Shown: positions 18,705 to 27,221 of the stretch, piece after piece
Numbering within the stretch: position 1 is the first letter of the stretch
Layout of the letters: every line of letters begins with the position of its first letter
NCBI GenBank assembly: GCA_041739675.1
Contig: JBGSNL010000011.1
Location: 1 to 36,687, forward strand
From: a bacterium
GTDB taxonomy: Bacteria > UBA10199 > 2-02-FULL-44-16 > DYJF01
Length of the DNA: 36,687 nucleotides
Direction of reading: 5' to 3'
Notes under the pieces: generated by a model
What the model was told of the DNA's origin: nothing
Database searches by the model: none
Seen by the model: the letters and a program-made list of their open reading frames with translations, nothing else
Made by a program: the position numbers and the translations under genes

Positions 18705-19067
18705 TTAGAGGCAGCCTCTGTCTCTGCCTTCTCTCACGATGTTCACGTTGACGTCGGAATTTATCGTCCCGTTATTGCTGTTGGCGTTGACCTCGCCGTG
18801 TCCCGCGTTGACCGTGACGTTCCCGTTGTTCTGATTTCCCGAACCCATCCCCACGTCGCCTATGCGCTGTCTCACCTGCTGCACCGGCGAACAGTGCGGC
18901 TCTTCGGGCGAGCTCCTGAAGACCTGCGCCCGAAGGACTATCGTCTCTTCGTCCTGCTGTTTGATTCGCATCCGGTGAAGGTTATCAAGGATGACCGATT
19001 CGTCGTCGGCGGACGCATAGCCCGCGAGCGAGAATACAATTATAATGATGAAGACAAGTCTTCTCAT
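18705..19067 (-). CDS. Small secreted Asn/Gly/Val-rich protein (putative minor fibre subunit)
   Basis: Signal peptide ending ASA; C-terminal GNQNNGNVTVNAGHGEVNANSNNGTINSDVNVNIV; ATGA overlap with the upstream gene. Confidence 0.7.
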   Translation of the reverse strand: MRRLVFIIIIVFSLAGYASADDESVILDNLHRMRIKQQDEETIVLRAQVFRSSPEEPHCSPVQQVRQRIGDVGMGSGNQNNGNVTVNAGHGEVNANSNNGTINSDVNVNIVREGRDRGCL

Positions 19068-19411
19068 TTGCTCATATCTCCAAGGATGATGGTCGAATTG
19101 ATAGACGCGTCGATCGTATTGTTGTTCGAGTTCGAATCCGTTCTGATATCGACCCTCTCATGGCCGATTCTCACGTTCATGTCGCCGGCGACACCGTTTT
19201 TCATGTCACCGATTGTGGGGCTTCTCTCCCTGATCGTCGTATTGTTGTATGCCGGACCCAGAAGCGATCTGTTGTCAAAGGATACCGAAGAAGCCTTGGG
19301 CATCTGCGCCGTGCAATCCTTGAGACAGATCGCGTCGGAGAGCGTCGGCGAAAAAAAGAGAAGGGAAGAGAGAATGATCTGTGCCACTTTCATCTGAATT
19401 TGCCTTAACAT
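19064..19411 (-). CDS. Small secreted Asn/Ser-rich protein (putative minor subunit or nucleator)
   Basis: GGAGG RBS before ATG 19411; signal peptide ending SDA; N-terminal CxxxC; C-terminus homologous to both neighbours. Confidence 0.7.
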   Translation of the reverse strand: MLRQIQMKVAQIILSSLLFFSPTLSDAICLKDCTAQMPKASSVSFDNRSLLGPAYNNTTIRERSPTIGDMKNGVAGDMNVRIGHERVDIRTDSNSNNNTIDASINSTIILGDMSK

Positions 19412-19436
19412 TTGAACCTCCCTCAAAAATTTCAAC

Positions 19437-19467
19437 CCCCGGGCGGTAAGGGGGGCACCGCCCGGGG
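19437..19467 (-). promoter_or_regulatory. Intercistronic GC-rich stem-loop
   Basis: CCCCGGGCGGT / ACCGCCCGGGG perfect 11-bp stem just after the first gene of the operon; no immediate U-tract. Confidence 0.65.
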
Positions 19468-19478
19468 ATCGAGATTGA

Positions 19479-19970
19479 CTACTTTGCCAGTGTGTCGCCC
19501 AGAGTTGTGATGTTGACCGATGATGTGTCGATCGTGTTTGAGCTTCCGGTGACGCCGCTCCTGAAATCGGTTCCGCTGTAGAGCTGGTTGAAGTCGCCCA
19601 TCACGGAGTTTCTGACCTCTCCGCCGACGGTCGTGCCCCGGTTGTAGCTTCCGTTGACCGAGTTGTTCGACTTGTCGGCGTAATCATTCATGCTGTCCAA
19701 AAGGTTATGGCTGTTTGCCACAGAGTGATCGTCGTTGAAGCTGCCCGAAGCGTGGACCGATTCATCCTTCCTGTTGTCATAGCGCTGGTTGTACGCATTT
19801 GTATATGTGTTGCGCATGTATGTGCCGCGTTCGCCGACGTTCGTGCTGCTGTCATTATGGCTGTTCGTGTTCACGTTTGCCGTCGTGTCGATGAGCCACG
19901 CATCGGAAGTTGCGACCGACCCCAGGATCACTGCGCACACCGCCATTGCTACGAATAAAGACCTATTCAT
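19479..19970 (-). CDS. Secreted Asn/Ser/Asp-rich repeat protein (putative major amyloid-like subunit)
   Basis: GGAGG RBS; signal peptide ending SDA; seven [NGD]-[SAD]-[HYFM]-N motifs; no Pro or Cys in the mature part. Confidence 0.7.
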   Translation of the reverse strand: MNRSLFVAMAVCAVILGSVATSDAWLIDTTANVNTNSHNDSSTNVGERGTYMRNTYTNAYNQRYDNRKDESVHASGSFNDDHSVANSHNLLDSMNDYADKSNNSVNGSYNRGTTVGGEVRNSVMGDFNQLYSGTDFRSGVTGSSNTIDTSSVNITTLGDTLAK

Positions 19971-20050
19971 ATCATCCTCCTTGCCTGCCTACGTTTTGGT
20001 GGCGGGCTTGTTATTTTTTGTTTACGTCAGCTGACTGCGCTGACTTCTTA

Positions 20051-20067
20051 AGCAAGGGCTGTGCCAG
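20051..20067 (-). promoter_or_regulatory. Sigma-54 promoter
   Basis: Minus strand CTGGCAC-AGCCC-TTGCT, a full -24/-12 consensus about 80 nt upstream of ATG 19970. Confidence 0.85.
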
Positions 20068-20125
20068 ATTGTGCTTTTTGTTTTGAGGTTTTTAACGAAA
20101 ATAATAAGGGGGCAGCGAAAACAGC

Positions 20126-20162
20126 TGCATGATTTTCGTGCACACTGCACGGTTTTGATGCA
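20126..20162. promoter_or_regulatory. Tandem 17-bp TGCA-N9-TGCA sites (putative NtrC-family enhancer)
   Basis: TGCATGATTTTCGTGCA (20126-20142) and TGCACGGTTTTGATGCA (20146-20162), 60-95 bp upstream of the -24 box. Confidence 0.6.
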
Positions 20163-20166
20163 ACCG

Positions 20167-22002
20167 CTATTCCACGGTGACGCTCTTTGCGAGATTCCTG
20201 GGCTGGTCGATCGACTTGCCGCGAAGCTCAGCCAGATGGTAGGCAAACAGCTGAAGCGGGACGGCCATGAGGATGGGCGTCAAGAACCACGTGGTCCTTG
20301 GTATATAGATGACATGATCGGCCAGTTGCCCGATTTTCTTGTCGCCTGCTGTGGCAAGCGCAATGACGGTTGCGTGTCTTGCCCTCACCTCTTCGATGTT
20401 GGATATCGTCTTCTGATAAGTTCTAGGATCGTCCGGGGCCAGAACGACAACTGGTGTACCGCGGTCTATCAAGGCAATGGGTCCGTGCTTCATCTCGCCT
20501 GCGGGGAAGCCTTCCGCCCACTGATAGGAAATCTCCTTGAGCTTCAATGCGCCCTCAAGGGCGATTGGGTAGTTGGCGCCTCTCCCCAGAAACAGGAACC
20601 CTTCGCTCCGCCTGAAATGTCTTGCGATCTCTTTTATCTCATCTGACCGTTTGAGAATCGACTGAACCTGTCGCGGGAGCTCAAGGAGTTTTTCCGAGAT
20701 GATCTTGAAGTCTCTTTTCGAAATTTTGCCGTGGAGCTTTGCCCAGTACAGGCCCAGAAAACAAAGGACGGTGAGCTGCGTCGTGAATGCCTTCGTGGAC
20801 GCGACACCGATCTCCAGCCCCGCGCGCGTGAGGATCGATGCGTCCGCCTCGCGCACGATGGAGCTTCCCATGATGTTGGAGATCGCAAGCACCGGCGAGC
20901 CGTTCTTCTTTGCCATTTTTACAGCGGCCAGCGTGTCCGCAGTTTCGCCCGATTGGGATATCGCGACCGTGAGTCCGTTGGGATCAGTGAAATAATTTCT
21001 GTAGCGGTATTCGGACGCTGTGTCGACCACAACGGGGAGAGAACACATATCGCCAAGGAGATACTCTCCGGCCAGCGCCGCGTGATAGGACGTGCCGCAT
21101 GCGACTATCGTTATCTGCCTCAAGTGCTCAAAGACCTTTTTCAATTTGTCTTCGGCGCCGTCAAGCGAGATCCTCGCCTCCGCCGGAAAGATGCGGCCCC
21201 TCAAGGTGTCGCGGATGGCATGGGGCTGCTCGAAAATCTCCTTGAGCATGAAGTGCTTGAAGCCGGCCTTTTCGGCGGCTGTGGCCGACCATTCAATAGT
21301 TTCGGGGCGCCTGTCCCTTTTTTCGCCGGAGAGATCTATTATCTCATAATCTTCCCGTGTGACGGCCGCGACGTCGCCGTCGCGCAAAGAGACGATATGG
21401 CGCGTGTGGGATAAAAGCGCCGGAATATCGGACGCGATAAAGTGCTCACTCTCACCGCATCCGATGAGAAGGGGGCTTCCCTGCCTTGCGACGAAGAGCC
21501 TGTCCGGCGTGAGCCGGCACAAAACGATTACCGCGTAGGAGCCGGTGACATCTTTGAGGGCGCTTCGAATCGCATGAAAAGGTTTTTTTCCGTGATTTAT
21601 CTCCATCTGGATCAGATGGGCCAGAATTTCAGTGTCGGTTTCGGATTTGAGGCGCCTGCCAGCTTTCAAAACGCGGCGCCGGAGCTCCATGTAGTTTTCG
21701 ACGATGCCGTTGTGGACGAGCGCGATATCCTCGGTGAGATGCGGGTGCGCGTTCTCCTCGCTGGGCCTTCCGTGGGTTGCCCAGCGCGTGTGGCCGATCC
21801 CCAGAGTTCCTTTCAGGGGTTTTTTCTTCAGCAGGCGTTCAAGATTGGCGAGATTTCCGACGGCGCGCCTCAGGCGTATGTGCCTTCCGTCCCAGACCGC
21901 GATGCCGGCCGAATCGTAACCCCGGTACTCAAGGCATCTGAGCCCGGAAACCACTATGGGCTGAGCCTGTTTGGGTCCTATGTATCCCGTGATCCCGCAC
22001 AT
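20167..22002 (-). CDS. glmS: Glutamine--fructose-6-phosphate aminotransferase (isomerizing)
   Basis: MCGI N-terminus, [29 protein letters not shown]-terminal [11 protein letters not shown]. Confidence 0.98.
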   Translation of the reverse strand: MCGITGYIGPKQAQPIVVSGLRCLEYRGYDSAGIAVWDGRHIRLRRAVGNLANLERLLKKKPLKGTLGIGHTRWATHGRPSEENAHPHLTEDIALVHNGIVENYMELRRRVLKAGRRLKSETDTEILAHLIQMEINHGKKPFHAIRSALKDVTGSYAVIVLCRLTPDRLFVARQGSPLLIGCGESEHFIASDIPALLSHTRHIVSLRDGDVAAVTREDYEIIDLSGEKRDRRPETIEWSATAAEKAGFKHFMLKEIFEQPHAIRDTLRGRIFPAEARISLDGAEDKLKKVFEHLRQITIVACGTSYHAALAGEYLLGDMCSLPVVVDTASEYRYRNYFTDPNGLTVAISQSGETADTLAAVKMAKKNGSPVLAISNIMGSSIVREADASILTRAGLEIGVASTKAFTTQLTVLCFLGLYWAKLHGKISKRDFKIISEKLLELPRQVQSILKRSDEIKEIARHFRRSEGFLFLGRGANYPIALEGALKLKEISYQWAEGFPAGEMKHGPIALIDRGTPVVVLAPDDPRTYQKTISNIEEVRARHATVIALATAGDKKIGQLADHVIYIPRTTWFLTPILMAVPLQLFAYHLAELRGKSIDQPRNLAKSVTVE

Positions 22003-22010
22003 AAAAAACC

Positions 22011-23372
22011 TCAGCTGTCCAAGCCGCGCTTGCCGAACCTGGACAATATCAAAGGGACCGTCTTAAAAAGGATCGCCACATCCTTCGCGAGCGACCAGTT
22101 ATCAATATATTTTAAATCAAGTTCCATCGCGGTGCTGAACGCAACTTTGCCGGGATAGAGGATCTGACGGTAACAGGTGAGCCCCGGTCTCATCGAGAGC
22201 CTGCGCCTCTGCCAGCCGTGGGCGTAAAGCGCGACTTCAGAGGGGATATGGGGTCTCGGGCCAACGAAACTCATCTCGCCTTTCAAAATGTTTATGAGTT
22301 GGGGGAGCTCGTCGAGCCCCGATTTGCGGAGAAATCTTCCAATGCGTGTTACGCGTCCATCATCAGTCATCGATCGAAACTTATAGAGATTGAAGGGCTT
22401 GCCCCTCAGACCCATTCTTTGCTGAACCAGGAAGGCGGGACCGTGCGAGTCCATTTTGATGGCCGCATACACGATGACAAACAGCGGAGACAAGACGATC
22501 AGGAAAGCTGCGGCAAAAATGTGGTCTAGAAAATACTTGATGACCATCTGCCATGAGAGCGCCGGAGCGGTCCTGAACACCAGGAATGGGATGTCGCCGA
22601 TCTCCTCCATTTCAAGGCGCGAAAGGGTCAGCTCAAAAAAATCGGCGGCGAGCCACGTTTCGACGCCCTCCTCTTCGCATATGAACATCGCCTCTTCGAC
22701 GTCGGAAAGGGATTTGCGGTCGACAAGGAATATCACCTGATCGATGGCGTGATTATGAAGGATGTTTTTGATTTCGGAAAGCGTTCCAAGCGCCGCCTGG
22801 TCCGCACTCTCGCTCATCGCGCCGAGCCCGATGACCCCTATCACGTTCAAGCCGAGATCCGCATGCTTCCTTGTGAGATCTATCATATTGGACGCGGCTG
22901 CATTGTCGCCCACCAGCACGATGTTTCTTATGTGTCTGCCACGGGATTTGAGATAGGCATCGTAAATTCTGAACGCAAGATTCTTGGCGGTCAAAAGTGC
23001 GAAATTCACCAAAGCAAAACCCACGATCAGGATACGGCTGATCTCCGCCAATTGGAAGATATAGCTGACCGCAATCAGAAGGAGCATCGCTTCAATAGAG
23101 CTCCTGAAGATGATATTCACGTCGCTCGTGAACCTGCGCTCGGCAGAAGAATACAGGCCGTTCAGATTTGTGAGAAGCGGCCATAAGAGACATGCTATCA
23201 CAAATATTGTGGCATAGTATTCGAACTTGGCAAGAGGACCCAGGTGTCTGAAATATTCCGCCGCGGCCAGATTGTTTCTGAGCTGATAGGCAAAAACGAA
23301 AGAGAAAGCGGTGATAATGGCGTCTGCCAGATTGTTGAGTCTCTTGAATATGTGGTGCTGCCGTTTGAACAC
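22011..23372 (-). CDS. Priming polyprenyl-phosphate sugar phosphotransferase (WcaJ/WbaP type)
   Basis: Four N-terminal TM helices, Rossmann-like middle domain, catalytic KFRSM...GRFLRKSGLDELPQLINILKGEMSFVGPRP. The GTG start at 23372 is preferred (alternative 23405). Confidence 0.9.
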   Translation of the reverse strand: MFKRQHHIFKRLNNLADAIITAFSFVFAYQLRNNLAAAEYFRHLGPLAKFEYYATIFVIACLLWPLLTNLNGLYSSAERRFTSDVNIIFRSSIEAMLLLIAVSYIFQLAEISRILIVGFALVNFALLTAKNLAFRIYDAYLKSRGRHIRNIVLVGDNAAASNMIDLTRKHADLGLNVIGVIGLGAMSESADQAALGTLSEIKNILHNHAIDQVIFLVDRKSLSDVEEAMFICEEEGVETWLAADFFELTLSRLEMEEIGDIPFLVFRTAPALSWQMVIKYFLDHIFAAAFLIVLSPLFVIVYAAIKMDSHGPAFLVQQRMGLRGKPFNLYKFRSMTDDGRVTRIGRFLRKSGLDELPQLINILKGEMSFVGPRPHIPSEVALYAHGWQRRRLSMRPGLTCYRQILYPGKVAFSTAMELDLKYIDNWSLAKDVAILFKTVPLILSRFGKRGLDS

Positions 23373-23449
23373 GAAAATCCCCCGTGGAGAACTTGTTAAT
23401 ATCATGACAGGCGCCGGTGAGACAAGGGTATTTGCCCGCCTCTATATCC

Positions 23450-23479
23450 TTGCCTCGGCCTCACATAATACCTTATAAT
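23450..23479 (+). promoter_or_regulatory. Sigma-70-type promoter
   Basis: TTGCCT, 18-nt spacer, TATAAT; 14 nt before ATG 23494. Confidence 0.5.
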
Positions 23480-23493
23480 CCACGATCATTTTA

Positions 23494-24663
23494 ATGAAGA
23501 TCGCACTGATAAATCTTATTAGCAAGACAGCCGACAGGCCTGCCCGCTGGTGGCAACTCTTCGGGCGAACGATTCGGGAGCCGCTGGGTACCGATTCCGA
23601 AGTCAATTTCCTGAAACTGGCGGATGCGATTGCGAGGCGGGGGCACGAGTGCCATGTCTATATATCCGATGCGTATAGGCCCAGGCAGAGCATTTATCAA
23701 AACGATCTGCTCAAGATTCATTATCTCAGGACGATTTTGCGCTTCCTGTTTCCGCCCGCTTATTACCCTCTTGTCGCCGGTTTGGCCGGCGAGCTGAAGA
23801 ACGGCCGTTTCGATATTATTCAATCGTCGGATTTGATGCAGCCCGCAACGATTGTCGCCGCGTTGACGGCGAAGCGGATTTTTGTCTGGCAGGAGCAGGA
23901 TCGATATTCTTCCCGTTTTTGGCTTCGCTTTCTCCAGCGGTTCTATCTTGTCACGTTGGGCCGCCAGCTCGCGCGCCGGATAACCTTTATTCCGAGGAGC
24001 TCGGCTGCAAAGTCATTTCTCGAAAAGTCGGGCTGCAAAAATATTCTCGATGTCATCCCGACGGGTGTCGATACGCGCAAGATTTTTCATCCCTTGAACC
24101 TTGATGAGGAGTACTTGCTTGTCGTGAGCCGTCTCGCCGCTGACAAGGGATTTGATTTCCTTCTGGACGCAATGAGAATGGTCGTCCAAGAGATGCCGCA
24201 TGTGAAATTGGTTGTCGTGGGAGACGGCCCTGATCGCCGGCGTGTTGAGAAAAGAATCGGCGAGCTGAACCTCGGGCGGAACGTCACAATCAGAGCGCCG
24301 GTCCCGCAAGCCGAGCTTAATGTTCTGTACAACCGCTCGTTGTTTACTCTTATACCCACCGAAGGCGGGCTTTTTCCATTTGTGGCGCTGGAAAGCATGG
24401 CTGCGGGAAAGCCTGTTATATCGCGTTTTGCCAGGGCGCTGAGAGACGTTATCGTAAACGGCAAAACAGGTTTCATAGTGGACAGCCCGGCCGAGATGGC
24501 CCAGCGCATAATTTTTCTTGCGGAAAATGAACCTGAACGCAAGAGGATGGGGGCGGAGGCGCTGAGCCTGGCCGGTAATTTTGACATCGAAACAGTTGCA
24601 GGAAAATTTTCAAACGTTTTTGCTTCGAAAGCTCAGGAACGGGCCGTTGGAGAGAGGTCTTAA
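23494..24663 (+). CDS. Glycosyltransferase family 4
   Basis: IPTGVD, SRL..DKG, VVGDGP, LESMAAGKPVI, NGKTGF. Confidence 0.9.
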   Translation: MKIALINLISKTADRPARWWQLFGRTIREPLGTDSEVNFLKLADAIARRGHECHVYISDAYRPRQSIYQNDLLKIHYLRTILRFLFPPAYYPLVAGLAGELKNGRFDIIQSSDLMQPATIVAALTAKRIFVWQEQDRYSSRFWLRFLQRFYLVTLGRQLARRITFIPRSSAAKSFLEKSGCKNILDVIPTGVDTRKIFHPLNLDEEYLLVVSRLAADKGFDFLLDAMRMVVQEMPHVKLVVVGDGPDRRRVEKRIGELNLGRNVTIRAPVPQAELNVLYNRSLFTLIPTEGGLFPFVALESMAAGKPVISRFARALRDVIVNGKTGFIVDSPAEMAQRIIFLAENEPERKRMGAEALSLAGNFDIETVAGKFSNVFASKAQERAVGERS

Positions 24664-26223
24664 ATGGCTGCAATTTTTATGGAGGAAAGCTTCAGAGTGA
24701 TTGCCGTGATGTTATATGTCACGCTCTTTTTGATAACGGGCGTGACCATAGCCTACAATCCGGATGTCGCTTTTTTTCTGACGGGGCTCCTCATCTTTTT
24801 ACTCTTCTTCTTTCACACAAAGTTTGCGGTATTCGGCTACGCGGCTTATCTCGCCTTTGAAGAAACAATATTACAATATATTCCAAGCTCATTTTACCTT
24901 TTTCTCAAATATTCAGGGGATATGATGCTTGTTTTGCTGGCTTTATCCGTTTTTGCAAAACTTGCGACCAGAAGGTATAGCTTGTCCGCTATCAGGAGGA
25001 GTCCGATCAATTTGCCGTTGCTAATCTTTATCATTGTCGCCATCGCATCCATTTTGATAAATGAAATGCCCCCTTACATAGCGTTTGTCGGAATGCGCCA
25101 ACTTTTGAGATTTGTCGTGCTCTATTATCTGGTGATGATTATCAGTTCATCGGAGTGGGATGAAAAAACGGTCAGATCGCTGATGCACTTGATGATTGTC
25201 GTCGTGATAATCCAGGCCTGTCTTGGATATGTCCAGTTGGTTATGGGCCCCGGATCGAAGTTCAATTACTTTTTGGCTCCCGGAAGGCCTTATTACTTCG
25301 AGAGTGAAAAAATTGCAATTTCGACGGGTCTAAGCTGGGCCGAAATGAAGGGTCTTTACGGGACCATGCTCGTCAGAAATACGTATGCAGTATTCATGGC
25401 GTTTTTTGCATTGATGTTTCTGGGTATGTCTCAAGTCGGGAGCGACGAAAGGCGCAAGTCATACCTCAAGCTCTTTCTCTTCATCGCTCCATGCGTGTTA
25501 TTGTCTTATTCAAGGCAGGCGACCTACGGTCTCTTTCTGGGGATGTTCACGATGGCTTATATAAGGAAAAATAAGAAGCTGGCCGTGGCGTTGATCCTTG
25601 CCGTACTGGCTTTTACCCTTTACGTGAGCCAGTTTCGAATCGAGGAGGGAGCGCTTAATGAAAACGCGCCGTTGATCGATAAGATGGCGTCTCCTTTTCA
25701 GGCCCAGTACTTGAGATGGAGTTCGAAGCTCGATAGATTATATGTGTTGACTCACTTTGGCCCTAAGGTCCTGGGAAGCAAATATGTTTTGATTGGCACC
25801 GGTCCCGCCTCTTTCGGTTCCGCCATTGGAGATACGCTCAAATATTACGACGGCTATGAAAAATACGGCATTCCCCTCATAGGTCCGAAAATGTCCTTTG
25901 CGATTTCAGATACGGGATTTTTCGCCCTGCTGGGGCAGTTTGGAATCTTCGGCACGCTTTCTTTAATTTGGATTTTTTTAAGCCTCTTTCATACTGTTTT
26001 GAAAAGATATCAAAAAATTGACGACATCGGTTTTAAAGGGTTTGCCTTGGGTACATTGGGGATCATACCCACACTTCTTTTCTCGAATGTCGGTTACATA
26101 AACTTGGATCTTCGTCAGATTTCCTTCTACTTCTGGTTATTGTCGGCGGTCACACTGACTTATTGGGGTAGAGAGACCGAGGCAAAGCTTGAGGCAGCCG
26201 GCTTCATTGGAGAAACGCGATGA
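24664..26223 (+). CDS. O-antigen ligase/polymerase (Wzy/WaaL) family membrane protein
   Basis: About 12 TM segments, LSYSR motif, large periplasmic loop with IGTGPASF, GQFGIFG. Confidence 0.75.
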   Translation: MAAIFMEESFRVIAVMLYVTLFLITGVTIAYNPDVAFFLTGLLIFLLFFFHTKFAVFGYAAYLAFEETILQYIPSSFYLFLKYSGDMMLVLLALSVFAKLATRRYSLSAIRRSPINLPLLIFIIVAIASILINEMPPYIAFVGMRQLLRFVVLYYLVMIISSSEWDEKTVRSLMHLMIVVVIIQACLGYVQLVMGPGSKFNYFLAPGRPYYFESEKIAISTGLSWAEMKGLYGTMLVRNTYAVFMAFFALMFLGMSQVGSDERRKSYLKLFLFIAPCVLLSYSRQATYGLFLGMFTMAYIRKNKKLAVALILAVLAFTLYVSQFRIEEGALNENAPLIDKMASPFQAQYLRWSSKLDRLYVLTHFGPKVLGSKYVLIGTGPASFGSAIGDTLKYYDGYEKYGIPLIGPKMSFAISDTGFFALLGQFGIFGTLSLIWIFLSLFHTVLKRYQKIDDIGFKGFALGTLGIIPTLLFSNVGYINLDLRQISFYFWLLSAVTLTYWGRETEAKLEAAGFIGETR

Positions 26224-27221
26224 AAAATCCAAAATACGCCGTCATCGCGGTTACATACAGGTGCAACGGCCGATGCGTGATGTGCAATATATGGAAGGCC
26301 ACTGACCATGTCGAGGCCGATGCAGAAATCTACGGTCGTCTTCCGCAATCCTTGAAGACCATCAACGTGACCGGCGGAGAGCCGTTTTTAAGACTGGACC
26401 TTCCGAAGATCATTTCTATTATTAGCAGGAGATGCAAAAATCCGCGAATCGTAATTTCGACCAACGGACTCTTGCCCAGGCTCATTGAAGAAAAACTGGG
26501 AGAGATTGCCCGTATCCATCCGCGCATCGGCGTGCGAATCTCGGTGGACGGAATAGGAGAGATCCACGACGTCATTAGGGGCGTCAGCGGTTCGTTTGAC
26601 CGCGCGATGGAATCGGTGGACATCTGTAAAAAAATCGGCGTTTCCGATTTGGGTCTCGGTTTCACGGTACTGGAAAACAATGTGGGCCAGCTGAAAAGCA
26701 TCTTCGATCTCACAAAAAAGCTGGGCATCCAGCTTGCCGTATCCATAGCGCAAAACTCGGAAGTTTATTTCCGCGTGGACAACCTTGCGCCCATATCCCA
26801 GAGGCAAATTCTGAAAGACGGGCTGGAGGCAATCGTTTCCGACCAACTGAAGCGTTTCAATATCAAGGAGTGGTTCCGCGCGTATTTTTTAAGCGGCTTG
26901 TACCAGTTCAGTGCCGGCAAGAGCCCGCTTCTCAAATGCACGGCCGCCTCCGATTTTTTCTTCATGGACCCGAAGGGTGACGTCTATATTTGCCCCATTC
27001 TTGACCGGAAACTTGGAAACCTTGCCCAAACATCGTTTGAGGAAATCTGGGGGTCAGGGCCGGCAATAGCGGCCAGAGGCTTTGCGGCGGCCTGTTCGAG
27101 GCGATGTTGGATGGCGTGCACCGCGGCGCCTTTTATAAAATGCAACATGTCTGAGGCGCTCGCGTTTATAATGAAGAATAAGTTAAGGGCCCATCTGGGA
27201 AAGGAAATTATCATAGAATGA
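26220..27221 (+). CDS. Radical SAM/SPASM (twitch) domain protein
   Basis: TYRCNGRCVMC, TGGEPFLR, STNG, SVDG, C-terminal C..DPKGDVYIC..GNL..C..CW..C. Confidence 0.9.
   Translation: MKNPKYAVIAVTYRCNGRCVMCNIWKATDHVEADAEIYGRLPQSLKTINVTGGEPFLRLDLPKIISIISRRCKNPRIVISTNGLLPRLIEEKLGEIARIHPRIGVRISVDGIGEIHDVIRGVSGSFDRAMESVDICKKIGVSDLGLGFTVLENNVGQLKSIFDLTKKLGIQLAVSIAQNSEVYFRVDNLAPISQRQILKDGLEAIVSDQLKRFNIKEWFRAYFLSGLYQFSAGKSPLLKCTAASDFFFMDPKGDVYICPILDRKLGNLAQTSFEEIWGSGPAIAARGFAAACSRRCWMACTAAPFIKCNMSEALAFIMKNKLRAHLGKEIIIE

Noticed and set aside
18705..19970. Calling the small secreted genes csgA/csgB or hfaA/hfaD
   Set aside because: They lack curlin QxGxxN repeats and I cannot recognise orthology, so gene symbols were withheld.
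22003..22010. glmS ribozyme upstream of glmS
   Set aside because: Only 8 nt separate glmS from the upstream gene's stop codon, so there is no room.
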